A stretch of DNA of 64,000 nucleotides. Source: Paraspadella gotoi (taxonomy: Eukaryota > Animalia > Chaetognatha). The notes below the pieces were generated by a model, which saw nothing but the letters and a program-made list of their open reading frames with translations, had not been told where the DNA came from and did no database searches. Shown here piece by piece: positions 12,823 through 26,806 of the stretch (position 1 is its first letter; the number at the start of each line of letters is the position of its first letter). Both the position numbers and the translations under genes were made by a program. The DNA lies in contig CM119270.1 of the NCBI GenBank assembly GCA_051294375.1, positions 20,606,417-20,670,416 on the forward strand. Direction: 5' to 3'.

Positions 12823-15800
12823 TAATAAACATGTCATTGGAAACTAATCCGAAGCCTTCCCCTTCGGATCGGAAATTTTTTTACGATTTGCCATGTTCAC
12901 ATTATTGCATTGTTTTCACGATTTCATTGGATGTTGGCCACATGGCGTTGCCAACTAATCGGTCTTCTATCTCCCCCCCTTGCAGAATCGAAGAACCCCA
13001 CCAAAACAAGAAGGGAAGCCAAATAGGACCTCACCCCCCTTCAACCCCCACCCCCCCCCGAAAAGGGGGTTTAAAAGAAAAAAAGAAACACAATTGGAAA
13101 TGCTCCCCCGTTAGTGGAGTAACAGTCACCGCTCTCTGGTCCAGCCCTATCGAAAAAGACTACGCCCTTTCTCACACATGCACTAAGCACGCCCGTTTGC
13201 TTCCAGAGACTTGATCGCATAGATTGCAAGCGACCCAAGGACGAGGATTCTCAAGCTCAGCAACGGTACATACACCTCATCGATGCTCCAGACACCATTC
13301 CCGAGACCAGACCCGCCCATCAGCTGTGGGACTTGGAGAGATCTCCACATCCAAAAGACCACTAGCACTCGGTACAGAGGCTACGCCACGAGTTGTCAAT
13401 ATACAAAGGACTTCATCCACAGACGAGATAGCAGTCGTCGTAGAAGACGAGGATCACAATAAATGTGCCACAGTCGCACAAACATGTATCACAAAAACTC
13501 AATCTGTCAGGGCACGAGAAGACTGACGAAGCAAGAGACTACGAGCAACAAGATGGACTCGTCAGACTGCGCAATATCAGAGAAGAGAAAGTCCGGAACA
13601 AACGACGAAAAGTATCCTCTGACCACCCCTAAAAGCGGGCAGAGAGAAAAGTAACGATGGCTGCGACAAGAAACTGGAAATCTGGGCGACAAAAAGACGG
13701 TTGACGGAGAAGGCGCGACAAACCTGGAGAACGCCCTAGCGGCGCAGATGAACGCGCAAGGACGCTACAAGCCGAAGGCCTTTTCCAAGGAGAATATCCA
13801 CGAAGATGTAACGAGACTATTCAACCTCCCGGAGACAGTCCTCAGACTAATCCGAGATGGAGGAGACACCGAGAAGTGGACCACGTCTTACGGAAGGACC
13901 GCCACAAAAATACAGGTCGATCTGGCCCAAAGCGTAACCATGCGGTTTACCTGTCAATTCACGTCTAGCGATCGTCCTGGCCAATACACGCAGTCGTCTC
14001 CCTAGCGCCTCATCGAGGGAATCAACCCCCCGATCAAAGCTTTGCGACATGGTATTACTAACCATCCTGCAAAAATTTTTATGTGACTAAAACGACAAGT
14101 ACCACTCAAGGAATCAAAAGCTGCGACAAGACCCCGCCAAACACATATCGAGGACCCGCAGACGCCCGGCTAAAGGCACCACAAGGACGACGTTGAGGAG
14201 GTCGTATGGCAAACAACCTGAATAATCCTTAACCGCGATCCTCACCCGGCTAGAGGCGTACGAGATCAGCTCGAACAACAGGAAGTTCCCCAGGCGCCTC
14301 CCACACGGTTTCGGGATCATGATAGACGCCCGAGGCGCGCCCCACTCCACCAGCGCGCTCTCACCTCCCCAGTACGCCCGAGGCACTAGCGCGGCTAAGC
14401 GACCCATCTTACCGGAACTGACAAGCCCATGGAAAACAAGAGAAGCAACGCATGGAGCATCAACATACGGAATAAAGCAGAAAAGAGACGCGAGCGTCGT
14501 CTCGCACAAAAAGCAAAAACAAAAAAAATCGCCAATATTTACGCCTGAAATCAACGATCAAAGCAAACGAGGACGCTATTGATTAGGGTAATATGGGCAT
14601 GGGAACTTCGCACTCACACAGTCACTCACCATTGTTGTAAATACTATTTTCGTTTTCTACTTTTTGTCCCGTCTTTTTGTTTGCCTTGCCTTCTATTCTA
14701 CATCTCCAAATTCGTTTTTTTTTTTTTTTGCTTAATGCTAGCCCGTGCTATGTATATGTCAGTCCATCATAAATTGTACTACTGTTCTATGAAATTGATT
14801 TTCTCTCTGTTATTGACCGTTTGAACTATTGATTTACACCCGCCGACCCCTCCCCCCAGATACCATACCATTTTTTTTGGTTTTTTGTTTACTCACCTGC
14901 ATCACAAAGCCTCGCCATGCACCGTAGGTATTTTTTTCCACCTAGGACCACACCGACGTGCAAGAGGACAGCCCGGGCCATTCGCGGCGCGTGTTGTCCC
15001 TCTCCGGGCAATTTATGGGGCCGTGAGGAGGAGGAGGCGACGCGAAGATCTTCTTCCCCCTCCCATCTTCGCTTCCTCTCCTTTTCGAACGTCGGGGGGT
15101 TTCGCATCAGGCGCCCAACGAGATTTTTCCATTCTATGTTTCACTCGCCATTTCCTCTCTCTCCGTTAAGAACCTATTTCACGTTCCTCTGTAATTTTTT
15201 ATTATTCTTTTCGTGTTCGTTATTTTTCAATTACATACAAACACTTACCACTACCTCATCGGTTTAACTTTAGCACAGAGTTTATTTCAGGATTGTTTCC
15301 GTTGAATATCTGAAATTTCAAACTCTTCCCCGCGATCAGCTGTTTGGCGAGAGCTACAACGAACGAGCAGTGTTTCAGTTTTATCTTTCACAAGTCTTTT
15401 ACTCTCAATTCAAACACGTTGTGTAAAAATGAAAAGGAAAAATACTTTAAAAATATTGTTTTGTACTACTTTACTGCAATGTTTTATGTCTCTATTCTGG
15501 AACCCAATTGAGGTTCAGTTTACATTGGATTTATATTGAATTGTACTTAGTTATAATTATGTTACTTACAGTTTAAAGTTTTATACAAATTTAGCATTGT
15601 CCTATTTTTTTGTAGTTTTAACTCACACTCCCTCACACTTTCCCCACATCTACTTGAACCATTCTTGCCTACTTGTCCTTCCTATTACCCATGAATATTT
15701 GTACCTGAGATTGAAATTGTATTATCTCAAAATGTGGGTTACTATTTCTGCTTTATTACCATGGTTTCTAAGAATACGTATAAAGGTGTTTTACATGTTA

Positions 15801-15980
15801 GAACTGTTTGGTTTCCAAAGATACTTTTTGAGAGCAGTTGAACACGGATTTGAATTCAATATATTAATTAGGGCACAAAATTAGGGCAACTCTAGAAAAT
15901 AGAGATGAAAACTTAAGATTTGTTTTATTTTGCGAAATATCTTTGATTTTATCTAGGTCGCGCGCGTTAGAAGCGCTTCA

Positions 15981-16012
<32 letters not shown>

Positions 16013-16097
16013 CTCCCTCTCGTTCTCTCTTCTTCTCCTCTCTCTCTCNNNNNNNNNNNNNNNNNNNNNNNNNTCTCTATCAATTCTTCATTCTTTC

Positions 16098-16309
16098 TCA
16101 ACGTCCAGCAGCGATCGGCCTCTTGATGTCCCTCATATTTCTTCGGCCTTTGACGCTTTTTGTACGAGGGACCTCAGGAGACGAGGGTAACGGTCCACGC
16201 ATTCCAGCATCGAGGGTATTGAGGTATTGGGGCATCAGGGTATCGGGGCATCGAGCGAGGTATTGGAGTTTTGGGTCATTAAATCGACAAATATTTGTGT
16301 CACTATTGA
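16098..16309 (-). CDS. Candidate terminal coding exon of an unidentified gene
   Basis: Acceptor taattctcag| is followed by an unbroken frame to TGA: xNSDTNICRFNDPKLQYLARCPDTLMPQYLNTLDAGMRGPLPSSPEVPRTKSVKGRRNMRDIKRPIAAGR*. The copies at ~20367-20581 and ~25424-25638 carry indels that break the frame. Confidence 0.5.
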
Positions 16310-17648
16310 CTGAGAATTAATCTGCTTAGATTTTGCTCTCGTTTACATTCTTTATCAAAATATAAAACTTTGCCCAACCATTTTTTCAGGCCTGGAAAGT
16401 CTCACAAGAAAAATGAACATTCATAGTGTGCATCGTAACGGTAATTTAATTATGAACCTTAGTTGGGAATTGCAAAGCTCACCCATCCTGTAAGTAGTGA
16501 ACTTGTGACCATCGCTTAATGCGATCGATCCACCAAACAAAAGACACTAACATAATAACTAGAAACATTACTGGAATGCTATTTAGTTAATTAAATAGTT
16601 AGTAGTTAAATAGTTAAATAGTTAACTTTGCTCCAGCTTTTTGTTTAGGTTTCATGATAGTAAAAACTCCACTGACAAGATTAGTACTAGTATAATCAGA
16701 ATGGTAAAGAACTTGAAAAGACTGAAATATGCAAATTATAAATAAGAGATTATTATTTTACATTCATTATATTTCTGGTATTTATGAACGTTCTCAACTA
16801 TTCCTCAGGTTAGTAATATCCTTTATCATAAATATTATCCCTCTGATAACCTCTGAGAGTATCAGTGCCATCTCTTATTATGGGCAACAACCTCATCAAC
16901 TTCAATGTCATCCCAATGTCATCCCATGTCAGATTTCAGTATCATTGTCAACGACATTGTCATCCCAGTGTCAGCATCATTGTCAACCTCTCCCTTTCCT
17001 TTTTTCTTGGCACAAAATGGCGTCGAGATTTTTCTGTCCCGAATTGAGATTCGGGAACAGAATTCCGAATAATTTGGATGAGGATGAGGAGGAAGGGAGG
17101 AAGGAGAGGAAGAAGAGGGAAAAGAGGGAAGAGAGGGAGGGAGGAATAAGAGGAAGGGGAGAGAGGAGGAAGGGAGGAATAGGAGGGAGAAGAGAGAAAA
17201 GTAAAAGAGAAGAGGGAGGAAGATAAGAGAGAAAAAGTAGAAGGAAGAACATGGAAGGAAGGTAAGGGTTTGGATGAGGAGGAAGAATAAGAGAGAGAAA
17301 GATGGATTAAAAAACTGGCAAAGTGAAATAAAAAAAAGAATTTAAAAGAAAGAGAAAATAAAAATAAGGAAAAAATTGATGACACAAACGGAAAAAATGA
17401 TGAGAGAAAAAAAAAGAACATTTAGATTTTGTAAACAGAAAAAAAATATGAAGTAAAAAAAAAAAAAGGGTAAAAGAAGAGACGTAACATTGAGGGACGG
17501 ATGTTGGTGAAGTAGAAAAAGAGGAGAACATAAACGATGGGGAAATTCCGATGTCTGGAGCGAGGAAAAGAGAAGAGGAGAGAGAGAGAGGAGAGAGAAG
17601 AGAGAAGAGAGGAGAGAGAGAGAGAGGAGAGAGAGAGAGAAAAAAATA

Positions 17649-17680
<32 letters not shown>

Positions 17681-18060
17681 AAAGAAAGGAGGAGAGAGAG
17701 GGAGGAGGAGATGAGAGAGAGAGAGAGAGAGATTTTTTTTTTTTTTATGAAAATAGAGAAGGGAGGGAGAGAGGAGAGCAGAAAGGAGAGGAGAAAGAAA
17801 AAAAAAAAAATAAATCCGGGATGTTGTTGTTGTGTGTTGAGGGTCAGTTAAACGAGATATTAACACTGATAAAACTTGTACGCGCCGGTCGNNNNNNNNN
17901 NNNNNNNNNNNNNNNNCTCTCTCTCTCTCTCTCTCTCTAATCAAATTTCTCTAGGATCCAACGTACACTTAAGGATCCATTTCTCTCCCTTGTTTTTCCC
18001 CTTCTAAATCTTCGCCCTCAATTCTTGTTTACGTTTGAATCTTTTTCTCTTTTCTTTTCC

Positions 18061-18369
18061 TTTTTAGTTGCGACGCGAGTACTCGCGGAGCAACTCTCAG
18101 TCACTTTTCGATCCGTCGGTCCGTCGGTATTTCTGTCCGACGATCTGTCCCACTTAAGTTAAAAATGTTGGTTGCTCATTTGTTAAGACAGGAAAAAACC
18201 TCAAATCTAAGGGACTGCTAGCGCCTCTTTCAGGAAATAAAAGACAAAAGACAAAAGACAAATTTCCGATGCAGTGCTTGTCCTTGTCCTTGTCATTTTC
18301 CACGGGCAAGAAAGTTTTGCGATAAGATTGTCACTGCGGCGCAACACATTTGAATTACCGTTCTTGTTT
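18061..18369 (+). mobile_element. Helentron-associated non-autonomous element (HINE/DINE-1-like), family 1
   Basis: Starts in a T run with the hairpin AGTTGC..CGCGAGTACTCGCG..GCAACT, then a gtccgtcgg microsatellite. The 3' subterminal inverted repeat ACTGCGGCGCAAC lies at 18333-18345 and the element ends in cttgttt. Confidence 0.7.
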
Positions 18370-18900
18370 CTCTAATTTTCTATCTTATTTTTTCATCATT
18401 GATTTTCGTTTAGTTTTTTTTTTAAGTTTTTTTTTTAAACCAATGCGCCGTGAGTTCAAATCTAACCCCCGCCACCTCACTGTACAAAACAAAAAATAAA
18501 CATGTACATCATTTAATTATTTGTATATTTATATATTATGTAAAGGACGATTACCCTAAAATGTGACAATGAAGCTCCCGTAGGAAGATGAAAGGCAAAA
18601 TATCTATCGACAAGAAAACAATCGTTTATAAATGAAGAGAGAGAAGAAAAGGCCTGATCTGTCTATTCGGATTGTGATTGGTTGAGTAGGATTCAAATCC
18701 GACCAATCACGAGACGGTAAAATGGCAAATTGGAGAGTTTTGTTTTCCATTTTAAAATTCACATTAGGTAAAATTGCCTTTTTTTTTCTCCTGCAATATA
18801 GAAATAGAAAATGACATTTTTATTAATTATTATAGAGGCCTTTTTTGTTTGTCTCAGTTTTGAACCATCAAAATCCGAATCTTTTTTATAATATTACTTT

Positions 18901-18931
<31 letters not shown>

Positions 18932-19980
18932 TTGTCGTCCTCGTCTAAATCGTCGTCATCAATATCGTCGTCATCGTCATCGTCGTCGTCGTCTCCATCA
19001 TCTTGAATGGCGTCGTGACAACGCGAGACGCGCCCCTCGGTTGTCAAGGCGACGCGTGACATGATTTCGGACTCACTTTCCATTTATTCTCTCTTTTCAT
19101 GGTGACGCCAACGACGACGACGATGAGAACGACGACGACGACGACGACGAAGGCGTCGGTTGACGAGAATGACGAGAAGAATTCGAGCGTAAAGTCGTAG
19201 AGTCTCTCTCTCTCTNNNNNNNNNNCTCTCTCTCTCTTTATTTTCGCTACATAGTTTAGTCTAAATCATTACAAGTGAGTCATATGTTTTCCCTCGTTCA
19301 ACATCCATTAACTTTTTCGTTTTTCCCTGACGTCGAATCTTATTTGTTCGGCATGAAATGTACTCATGATTAAAGATTCGTTTAAAAAAACCGGTGACGA
19401 CTGTAGTAACCCTGGGTCCAAATAATCAAAGGTTTCGACTGTTGATTTTTTTTCTTCTCTAATCATCGAATTCCGATTTTTTTTCTTTTTTTTTTCTTTT
19501 CTTTTTTCTTTTCTTTTTTCTTTTCTTTTTCTCGGACAGAAAAGGATTCATGTGACCAGGAATCCAGAATTGAGGGAAACGCCCATTTTGACGGGATGAA
19601 GGACCGAAGAGAAGAGAAAAGGAAAAGAGAAGTAATATGTAGAGAGGGATAGAAAATAGAGAAGGGAAGGAATAGAAAAAAGAAATAATAGATTGAAAAA
19701 ATAAAAAGAAAGCAAAAGAGAAGTAATTATGGGTAAAAGGAAGAAAGAAAAGAAGATGAACAATAAAAGTACAGGCCTTTCTTCCTCCCTCTATCTCCCT
19801 CTCTCTCCCTCCCTCTCTTCTCTCTCTCTCTCTCTCTCTCTGCTCTTCTATCTCTCTCTCTCTCTCTTCCTCTCCCTCTCTCCTCTCTCTCTCTCTCTCT
19901 ATTTCTATCTCTCTTTCTTATTCTTCTCTTTCTATCTCTTATCTCTCTTATTTCCCTCTCGTCTCTCTTCTCCCTTCTCG

Positions 19981-20020
<40 letters not shown>

Positions 20021-20194
20021 ATCTCTCTCTCTTTCTTCCTCTTATCTCTCTCTATTTCCCTCTCGCTCTCTCTCTCCCTCTCGCTCTCTCTTCTCTCTCT
20101 CTCTCTCTCTTCTCTTTCTCTCTCTATTTCTATCTTTCTCTCATCTCTCTCTATTTTCCTCTCCGCTCTCTCTCTCTCTCTCTTCTCTCTCTCG

Positions 20195-20248
<54 letters not shown>

Positions 20249-20304
20249 TTTCTTATCTTCCTTCTCTTCTCTCTCGTCTCTCTCTCTCTCTCTTTTCTCT
20301 CTCT

Positions 20305-20352
<48 letters not shown>

Positions 20353-21344
20353 TCTTCATTCTTTCTTCAACGTCCAGCAGCGATCGGCTCTTGATGTCCT
20401 CATATTTCTTCGGCCTTTGACGCATTTTTTGTTACGAGGGACCTCAGGAAGGACGAGGGTAGGTAACGGTCCACTCATTCCAGCATCGAGGTATTGAGGT
20501 ATTTGGGCATCAGTATCGGGGCATCGAGCGAGGTATGGAGTTTTGGGTCATTTAAATCGACAAATATTTGTGTCACTATGACTGAGAAAATTAATTGCCT
20601 TAGATTTTGCTCTCGTTTTACATTCTTTATCAAAATATAAAACTTGCCCAAACAACAACCTCATCACTTCAATGTCATCCCAATGTCATCCATGTCAGAT
20701 TTCAGTATTCATTGTCACGACATTGTCATCCCAGTGTCTCAGCATCATTGTCAACCTCTCCCCTTTTCCTTTTTTTCTTGGGCACAAAATGGCGTCGGAT
20801 TTTTCTTTGTCCCGAATTGAGATTCGGGAAACAGAATCCGATAATTTTGGATGAGGATGAGGAGGAAAGGGAGGGAAGGAAGGAAGAAGAGGGAAAAGAG
20901 GGAAGGAGAGGGAGGGAGAATAAAGAGGAAGGGGAGAGAGGAGGAAGGGAGGATAGGAGGGAGAAGAGAGAAAAGTAAAAGAGAACGAGGGAGAAGATAA
21001 GAGAGAAAAAGTAGAAGGAGAACATGGAAGAAGGTAAGGGTTTGGGATGAAGGAGGAAGAATAAGAGAGCCAGAGAAAGATGGAATTAAAAAACTGGCCA
21101 AAGTTGAAATAAAAAGAATTAAAGAAAGAGGAAAATAAAAATAAGGAAAAAATTGATGACACAAACGGAAAAAATGATGAGAGAAAAAAAAGGAACATTT
21201 TGATTTTGTAAAGAAAAAAAATTTGAAGTTAAAAAAAAGATAAAAAAAAAAGAGAATACATAGCGAAAAAATATGTAAAGTAGAAAAAATAAGGTAACCA
21301 TAACGATGGGAAATTCCGGATGCTGGAGCGAGGAAGAGAGAGAG

Positions 21345-21375
<31 letters not shown>

Positions 21376-21450
21376 GAGTATTATGAACAGAGAGAGAGGT
21401 AGAGAGAGAGAGGAGAGAGGGAAAAAAAAAAAAAAAAAAGGAAGAAAGAG

Positions 21451-21483
<33 letters not shown>

Positions 21484-21678
21484 GATAGAGAGAGAGGGAG
21501 AGAGAGAGAGATTTAATGAGAAGGAAAGAGGAGAAAGAAAAAATCCGGATGTCAGTTAAAAAACAGATTTACGGTCGCGATGAAAAAAACCGATGGTAAG
21601 GAGTTTGAGAGTCAGGCGCTAAGACAGAGACAGGCGAAAAAGGAAAGGTGAGAGAAGAAAAGAAAACATTCTCTCTCT

Positions 21679-21749
<71 letters not shown>

Positions 21750-21874
21750 ATCAAATTTTCTAGGATCCACGTTTACACTTAAGGATCCATTTTCTCTTCC
21801 CTTGTTTTTCCCCTATTCTTAAATCTTCGCCCTCAATTCTTGTTTACGTTTGAATCTTTTCTCTTTTCTTTTCC

Positions 21875-22833
21875 TTTTTAGGTTGCGCGTACGGCGAGTA
21901 CTCGCGGAGCAAACTCTCAGTACTTTTCGATCCGTCGGTCCGTCGGTATTTCTGTCGCGATCTGCCCACTTAAGTTAAAAATGTTGGTTGCTCATTTGTT
22001 AGACAGGAAAAAACCTCAAATTAAGGGACTGCTAGCGCCTTCTTTCAGCGAAAATAAAGACAAAAGATGTCAACGAACCGTAGGGTAGGTCGGAGGCCTC
22101 CTCGGTATCTCTCCCGTCGCGTAGCTGTACTGAGCTGAAGTTCGTCCCCCCAACGTCCCTCGAAGCCGTCGTGCGGAAAGAGTGGGCGACGACGCCGGCG
22201 CCAATGGACGAAGCGCCGTGAACGCCGTAGCTGCCGTCTCGAAGACGGTAGAAACCCGCGGTCGCCGCTACCGTCGCCGCGAGGTAGTCGCGAGGCGTCA
22301 CGAGTGTGGTTCTGAAGACGACCACGAGCACGTCCACAAGTTCTATGGCACGAGTCTATCCACAGAGCCGTCCACAAGTCTGAAACCACGAAGTCTCTGG
22401 GCTCATAGGCCGGGCCCGTAGGCTCACTAAATGGTATCATGCGTTAAGGTTGACGTGACGTTTGACGTGGTGTGACCTAAAGCTCCGTTAAAAGGCCGTT
22501 TTTGGACGGGCTGAGAAAGGTCTAGGTTCTATGGCCTAAATCATATCTGGTAAAGAGAAGAAAAGGGAGAGTAATCTCCCAAGAAAAGCAAAGCCACAAA
22601 TCTACAAAAAGGTCAAGAAATGGTTTTTTAAAACAAAATGGCCAAAAGAATAAATAGAAATGGCATCGCCATTCTCCTTACAAAAGGGAAAACCAAAAAA
22701 AGGGGGACCCCCAAATTTTTTTTTTCCCGATGCAGTGCTTGTCCTTGTCCTTGTCCATTTTCCACGGGGCAAGAAAGTTTTGCGGATAAGATTGTCACTG
22801 CGGCGCAACACATGTGAATTACCGTTCTTGTTT
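21875..22833 (+). mobile_element. HINE family 1 copy interrupted by a solo LTR (duplicated at 26932-27890)
   Basis: Same 5' hairpin and 3' gtcactgcggcgcaacac end as 18061-18369, with a 615-bp insertion. Confidence 0.7.
22068..22682. mobile_element. Solo LTR-like insertion, 615 bp
   Basis: Absent from copy A (empty site aaagacaaaagacaaatttccga at ~18241-18269). Termini TGTCAACGA...TCCTTACA (TG..CA, imperfect inverted repeat). Flanks AAAGA/AAAGG fit a 5-bp TSD. AATAAA lies ~30 bp before the right end. Confidence 0.7.
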
Positions 22834-23712
22834 CTCTAATTTTTTCTATTCTTTATTTTTTCATTCATTGATTTCGTTTTAGGTTTTTTTTTAAGTTTTT
22901 TTTTAAACCAATGCGCCGTGAGTTTCCAAATCTAAACCCCCCGCCACCTCAACTGTTACAAAACAAAATAAAACATGTACATTCATTTAATTATTGTATC
23001 TTTACTATATTATGTAAAGGACGATTTACCCCTAAAATGTGACAATGAAAGCTCCCGTAGGGAAGATGAAAGGCAAATATCTATCGACAAGAAAACAATC
23101 GTTTATAAATGAAGAGAGAGAAGAAAAGGCCTGATCTGTCTATTCTGATTGTGTTGGTTGGTCTAGGATTCAAATCCCGACCAATCACGAGACGGTTAAA
23201 ATGGCAAATTGGAGCAGTTTTGTTTTCCATTTTAAAATTCACAGTTTGGTAAAATTGCCTTTTTTTTTTCTCCTGCAATATAGAAATAGAAAATGACATT
23301 TTATTAATTATTATTAGAGGCCCTTTGTTTTGTCTCAGTTTATGAACTTATCAAAATCCGAATCTTTTTTAAAAATATTAGTTTGTCGTCGTCGCGTCGT
23401 CGTCGTTCGTCGTTCGTCGTCATTGTCGTTCCTCGTTCTAAATCGTCTCATCAAATATCGTCGTCTCGTCATCGTCGTCGTCGTCTCATCATCTTGGAAT
23501 TGGCGTCGTTGACAACGCAGACGCGCCCCTCGGTTTGTCAAGGGGCGACGCGTGACATGATTTCGGACTCACTTCCATTTATTCTCTCTTTTCATGGTGA
23601 CGCCAAACGACGACGGCACGATTGAGAACGACGACGACGCAGACGACGAAAGCGTCGATTGTTGGCACGAGAACTGACGAGAAGAATTTCGAGCGTAAAA
23701 GTCGCAGAGTCT

Positions 23713-23747
<35 letters not shown>

Positions 23748-24363
23748 TCTCTCTTCTCTCTCTCTCTTCATTTTCGCTACATAGTTTAGTCTAAATCATT
23801 TTACAAGTGAGTCATAGTTTCCCTCGTTCACATCCATTAAACTTTTTCGCTTTTTTCCGCCTGACGTCGATCTTATTTGTTCGGCATGAAATTTACTCAT
23901 GATTAAAGATTCGTTTTAAAAAACCGGTTGACGGACTGTTAGTAACCCTGGGTCCAAATAATCAAAGGTTTTCGAGCTTTGTTGATTTTTTTTCTTCTCT
24001 AATCATCGAATTCCGATTTTTTTTCTTTTTCTTTTTTCTTTCTTTTTCTTTTTCTTTTTTCTTTTCATTTTTTCTCGGACAGGAAAAGGATTTCATGTGA
24101 CCAAGGAATCCAGAATGAGGGAACGCCCATTTTGACGGGCATGAAGGACCGAAGGAAGAGAAAGGAAAGAGAAGTAATATGTAGAGAGGATAGAAAATAG
24201 AGAAGGCGAAGATTAGAAAAAAAGAAATAATAGCATTTGAAAAAATAAAAGAAAGCAAAAGAGAAGTTAATTATGGGTAAAAGGAAGAAAGAAAAGAAGA
24301 TGAATCAATAAAAGTACAGGCCTTTCTTCCTCCCTTCTATCTCCCTCCTCTCTCCCTCCCTCT

Positions 24364-24444
<81 letters not shown>

Positions 24445-25039
24445 NNNNNNNNNNNNNNNNNNNNNNNNNTATCAACCTCCTTTTTCTCGAATCACTTCAT
24501 CCTTTGTAAACCTTTTATCTCCACTTTTGATCTCTCAATTTCTGAATCCATTTTTCTTTTCCCAGTTACTTCCCTTTTTGCCATTTTTCCCTTTTCCTCC
24601 GATGGCCTTTTTGTTTTGCTTTTTTCTGTTTTTATTTATTTCATTTTACTTTCTTATTTCTTTTTTTTTTGTTCCTGCATCCCCTTACTCTTTTTAGTAT
24701 TTTTATTTTTTAACAAGTCGTTTTATATACTTCAAACGGTTTTATGAGATATGGATTTAATTGTGAAATTTTTTATAAGTTTTGTTTCTGAGCCTTGTAT
24801 CCACCCTGTATCACATTTCCCCGCTTCTCCCTCCCTCTCTCCCTCTCCCTCCCTCTTTCCTGTTCACCCTCCCTCTCCCTGTATCACATTCCCCCTTCTC
24901 TCTCTCTCTCATCTTCTCTCTCATCTCTCTCTCTCTCTCTCTCTCCTCTCTCCTTCTCTCTCTCTCTCTTTCTATCTCTCTTTCTTCTCTCTCTTCTCAC
25001 TTCTCTATTTCCCTCTTCGTCTCTCTTCTCTCCTTTTTC

Positions 25040-25077
<38 letters not shown>

Positions 25078-25222
25078 ATCTCTCTCATTTTCTTCTCTCT
25101 CACTCTCTCTATCCTCTGCTCTCTCTCTCCTCTCGCTTCTCTAAAATCTCTCTCTTCTCTCTCTCTCTCTGCTTCTCTCTTCTCTTTTCTCATCTTTCTC
25201 TCATCTCTCTCTTTTCCTCTCC

Positions 25223-25255
<33 letters not shown>

Positions 25256-25257
25256 TC

Positions 25258-25305
<48 letters not shown>

Positions 25306-25361
25306 TTTCTTATCTTCCTTCTCTTCTCTCTCGTCTCTCTCTCTCTCTCTTTTCTCTCTCT

Positions 25362-25409
<48 letters not shown>

Positions 25410-26401
25410 TCTTCATTCTTTCTTCAACGTCCAGCAGCGATCGGCTCTTGATGTCCTCATATTTCTTCGGCCTTTGACGCATTTTTTGTTACGAGGGACC
25501 TCAGGAAGGACGAGGGTAGGTAACGGTCCACTCATTCCAGCATCGAGGTATTGAGGTATTTGGGCATCAGTATCGGGGCATCGAGCGAGGTATGGAGTTT
25601 TGGGTCATTTAAATCGACAAATATTTGTGTCACTATGACTGAGAAAATTAATTGCCTTAGATTTTGCTCTCGTTTTACATTCTTTATCAAAATATAAAAC
25701 TTGCCCAAACAACAACCTCATCACTTCAATGTCATCCCAATGTCATCCATGTCAGATTTCAGTATTCATTGTCACGACATTGTCATCCCAGTGTCTCAGC
25801 ATCATTGTCAACCTCTCCCCTTTTCCTTTTTTTCTTGGGCACAAAATGGCGTCGGATTTTTCTTTGTCCCGAATTGAGATTCGGGAAACAGAATCCGATA
25901 ATTTTGGATGAGGATGAGGAGGAAAGGGAGGGAAGGAAGGAAGAAGAGGGAAAAGAGGGAAGGAGAGGGAGGGAGAATAAAGAGGAAGGGGAGAGAGGAG
26001 GAAGGGAGGATAGGAGGGAGAAGAGAGAAAAGTAAAAGAGAACGAGGGAGAAGATAAGAGAGAAAAAGTAGAAGGAGAACATGGAAGAAGGTAAGGGTTT
26101 GGGATGAAGGAGGAAGAATAAGAGAGCCAGAGAAAGATGGAATTAAAAAACTGGCCAAAGTTGAAATAAAAAGAATTAAAGAAAGAGGAAAATAAAAATA
26201 AGGAAAAAATTGATGACACAAACGGAAAAAATGATGAGAGAAAAAAAAGGAACATTTTGATTTTGTAAAGAAAAAAAATTTGAAGTTAAAAAAAAGATAA
26301 AAAAAAAAGAGAATACATAGCGAAAAAATATGTAAAGTAGAAAAAATAAGGTAACCATAACGATGGGAAATTCCGGATGCTGGAGCGAGGAAGAGAGAGA
26401 G

Positions 26402-26432
<31 letters not shown>

Positions 26433-26507
26433 GAGTATTATGAACAGAGAGAGAGGTAGAGAGAGAGAGGAGAGAGGGAAAAAAAAAAAAAAAAAAGGAA
26501 GAAAGAG

Positions 26508-26540
<33 letters not shown>

Positions 26541-26735
26541 GATAGAGAGAGAGGGAGAGAGAGAGAGATTTAATGAGAAGGAAAGAGGAGAAAGAAAAAA
26601 TCCGGATGTCAGTTAAAAAACAGATTTACGGTCGCGATGAAAAAAACCGATGGTAAGGAGTTTGAGAGTCAGGCGCTAAGACAGAGACAGGCGAAAAAGG
26701 AAAGGTGAGAGAAGAAAAGAAAACATTCTCTCTCT

Positions 26736-26806
<71 letters not shown>

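Larger units (their letters stand above)
16075..19800. repeat. Copy A of a triplicated locus (homologous to 20345-24370 and 25402-29427)
   Basis: The same ordered landmarks occur (caacgtccagcagcgatcgg; cacaaaatggcgtcg; ggatccatttctc; gacgcgtgacatgatttcggactcac; cctgggtccaaataatc). It differs by many 1-bp indels, a ~510-bp extra block and the absence of the solo LTR. Confidence 0.92.

Noticed and set aside
19729-20394. Long SL/RE-repeat ORFs (also 24751-25554, 34595-35264, 43565-44041, 46057-46622, 61084-61675)
   Set aside because: Translations of stop-free (TC)n/(GA)n microsatellite, with no coding evidence.
22432-22439. TGGTATCA resembling a tRNA-iMet primer-binding site
   Set aside because: It lies inside the TG..CA unit, is not directly preceded by a CA terminus, and the match stops after 8 nt.
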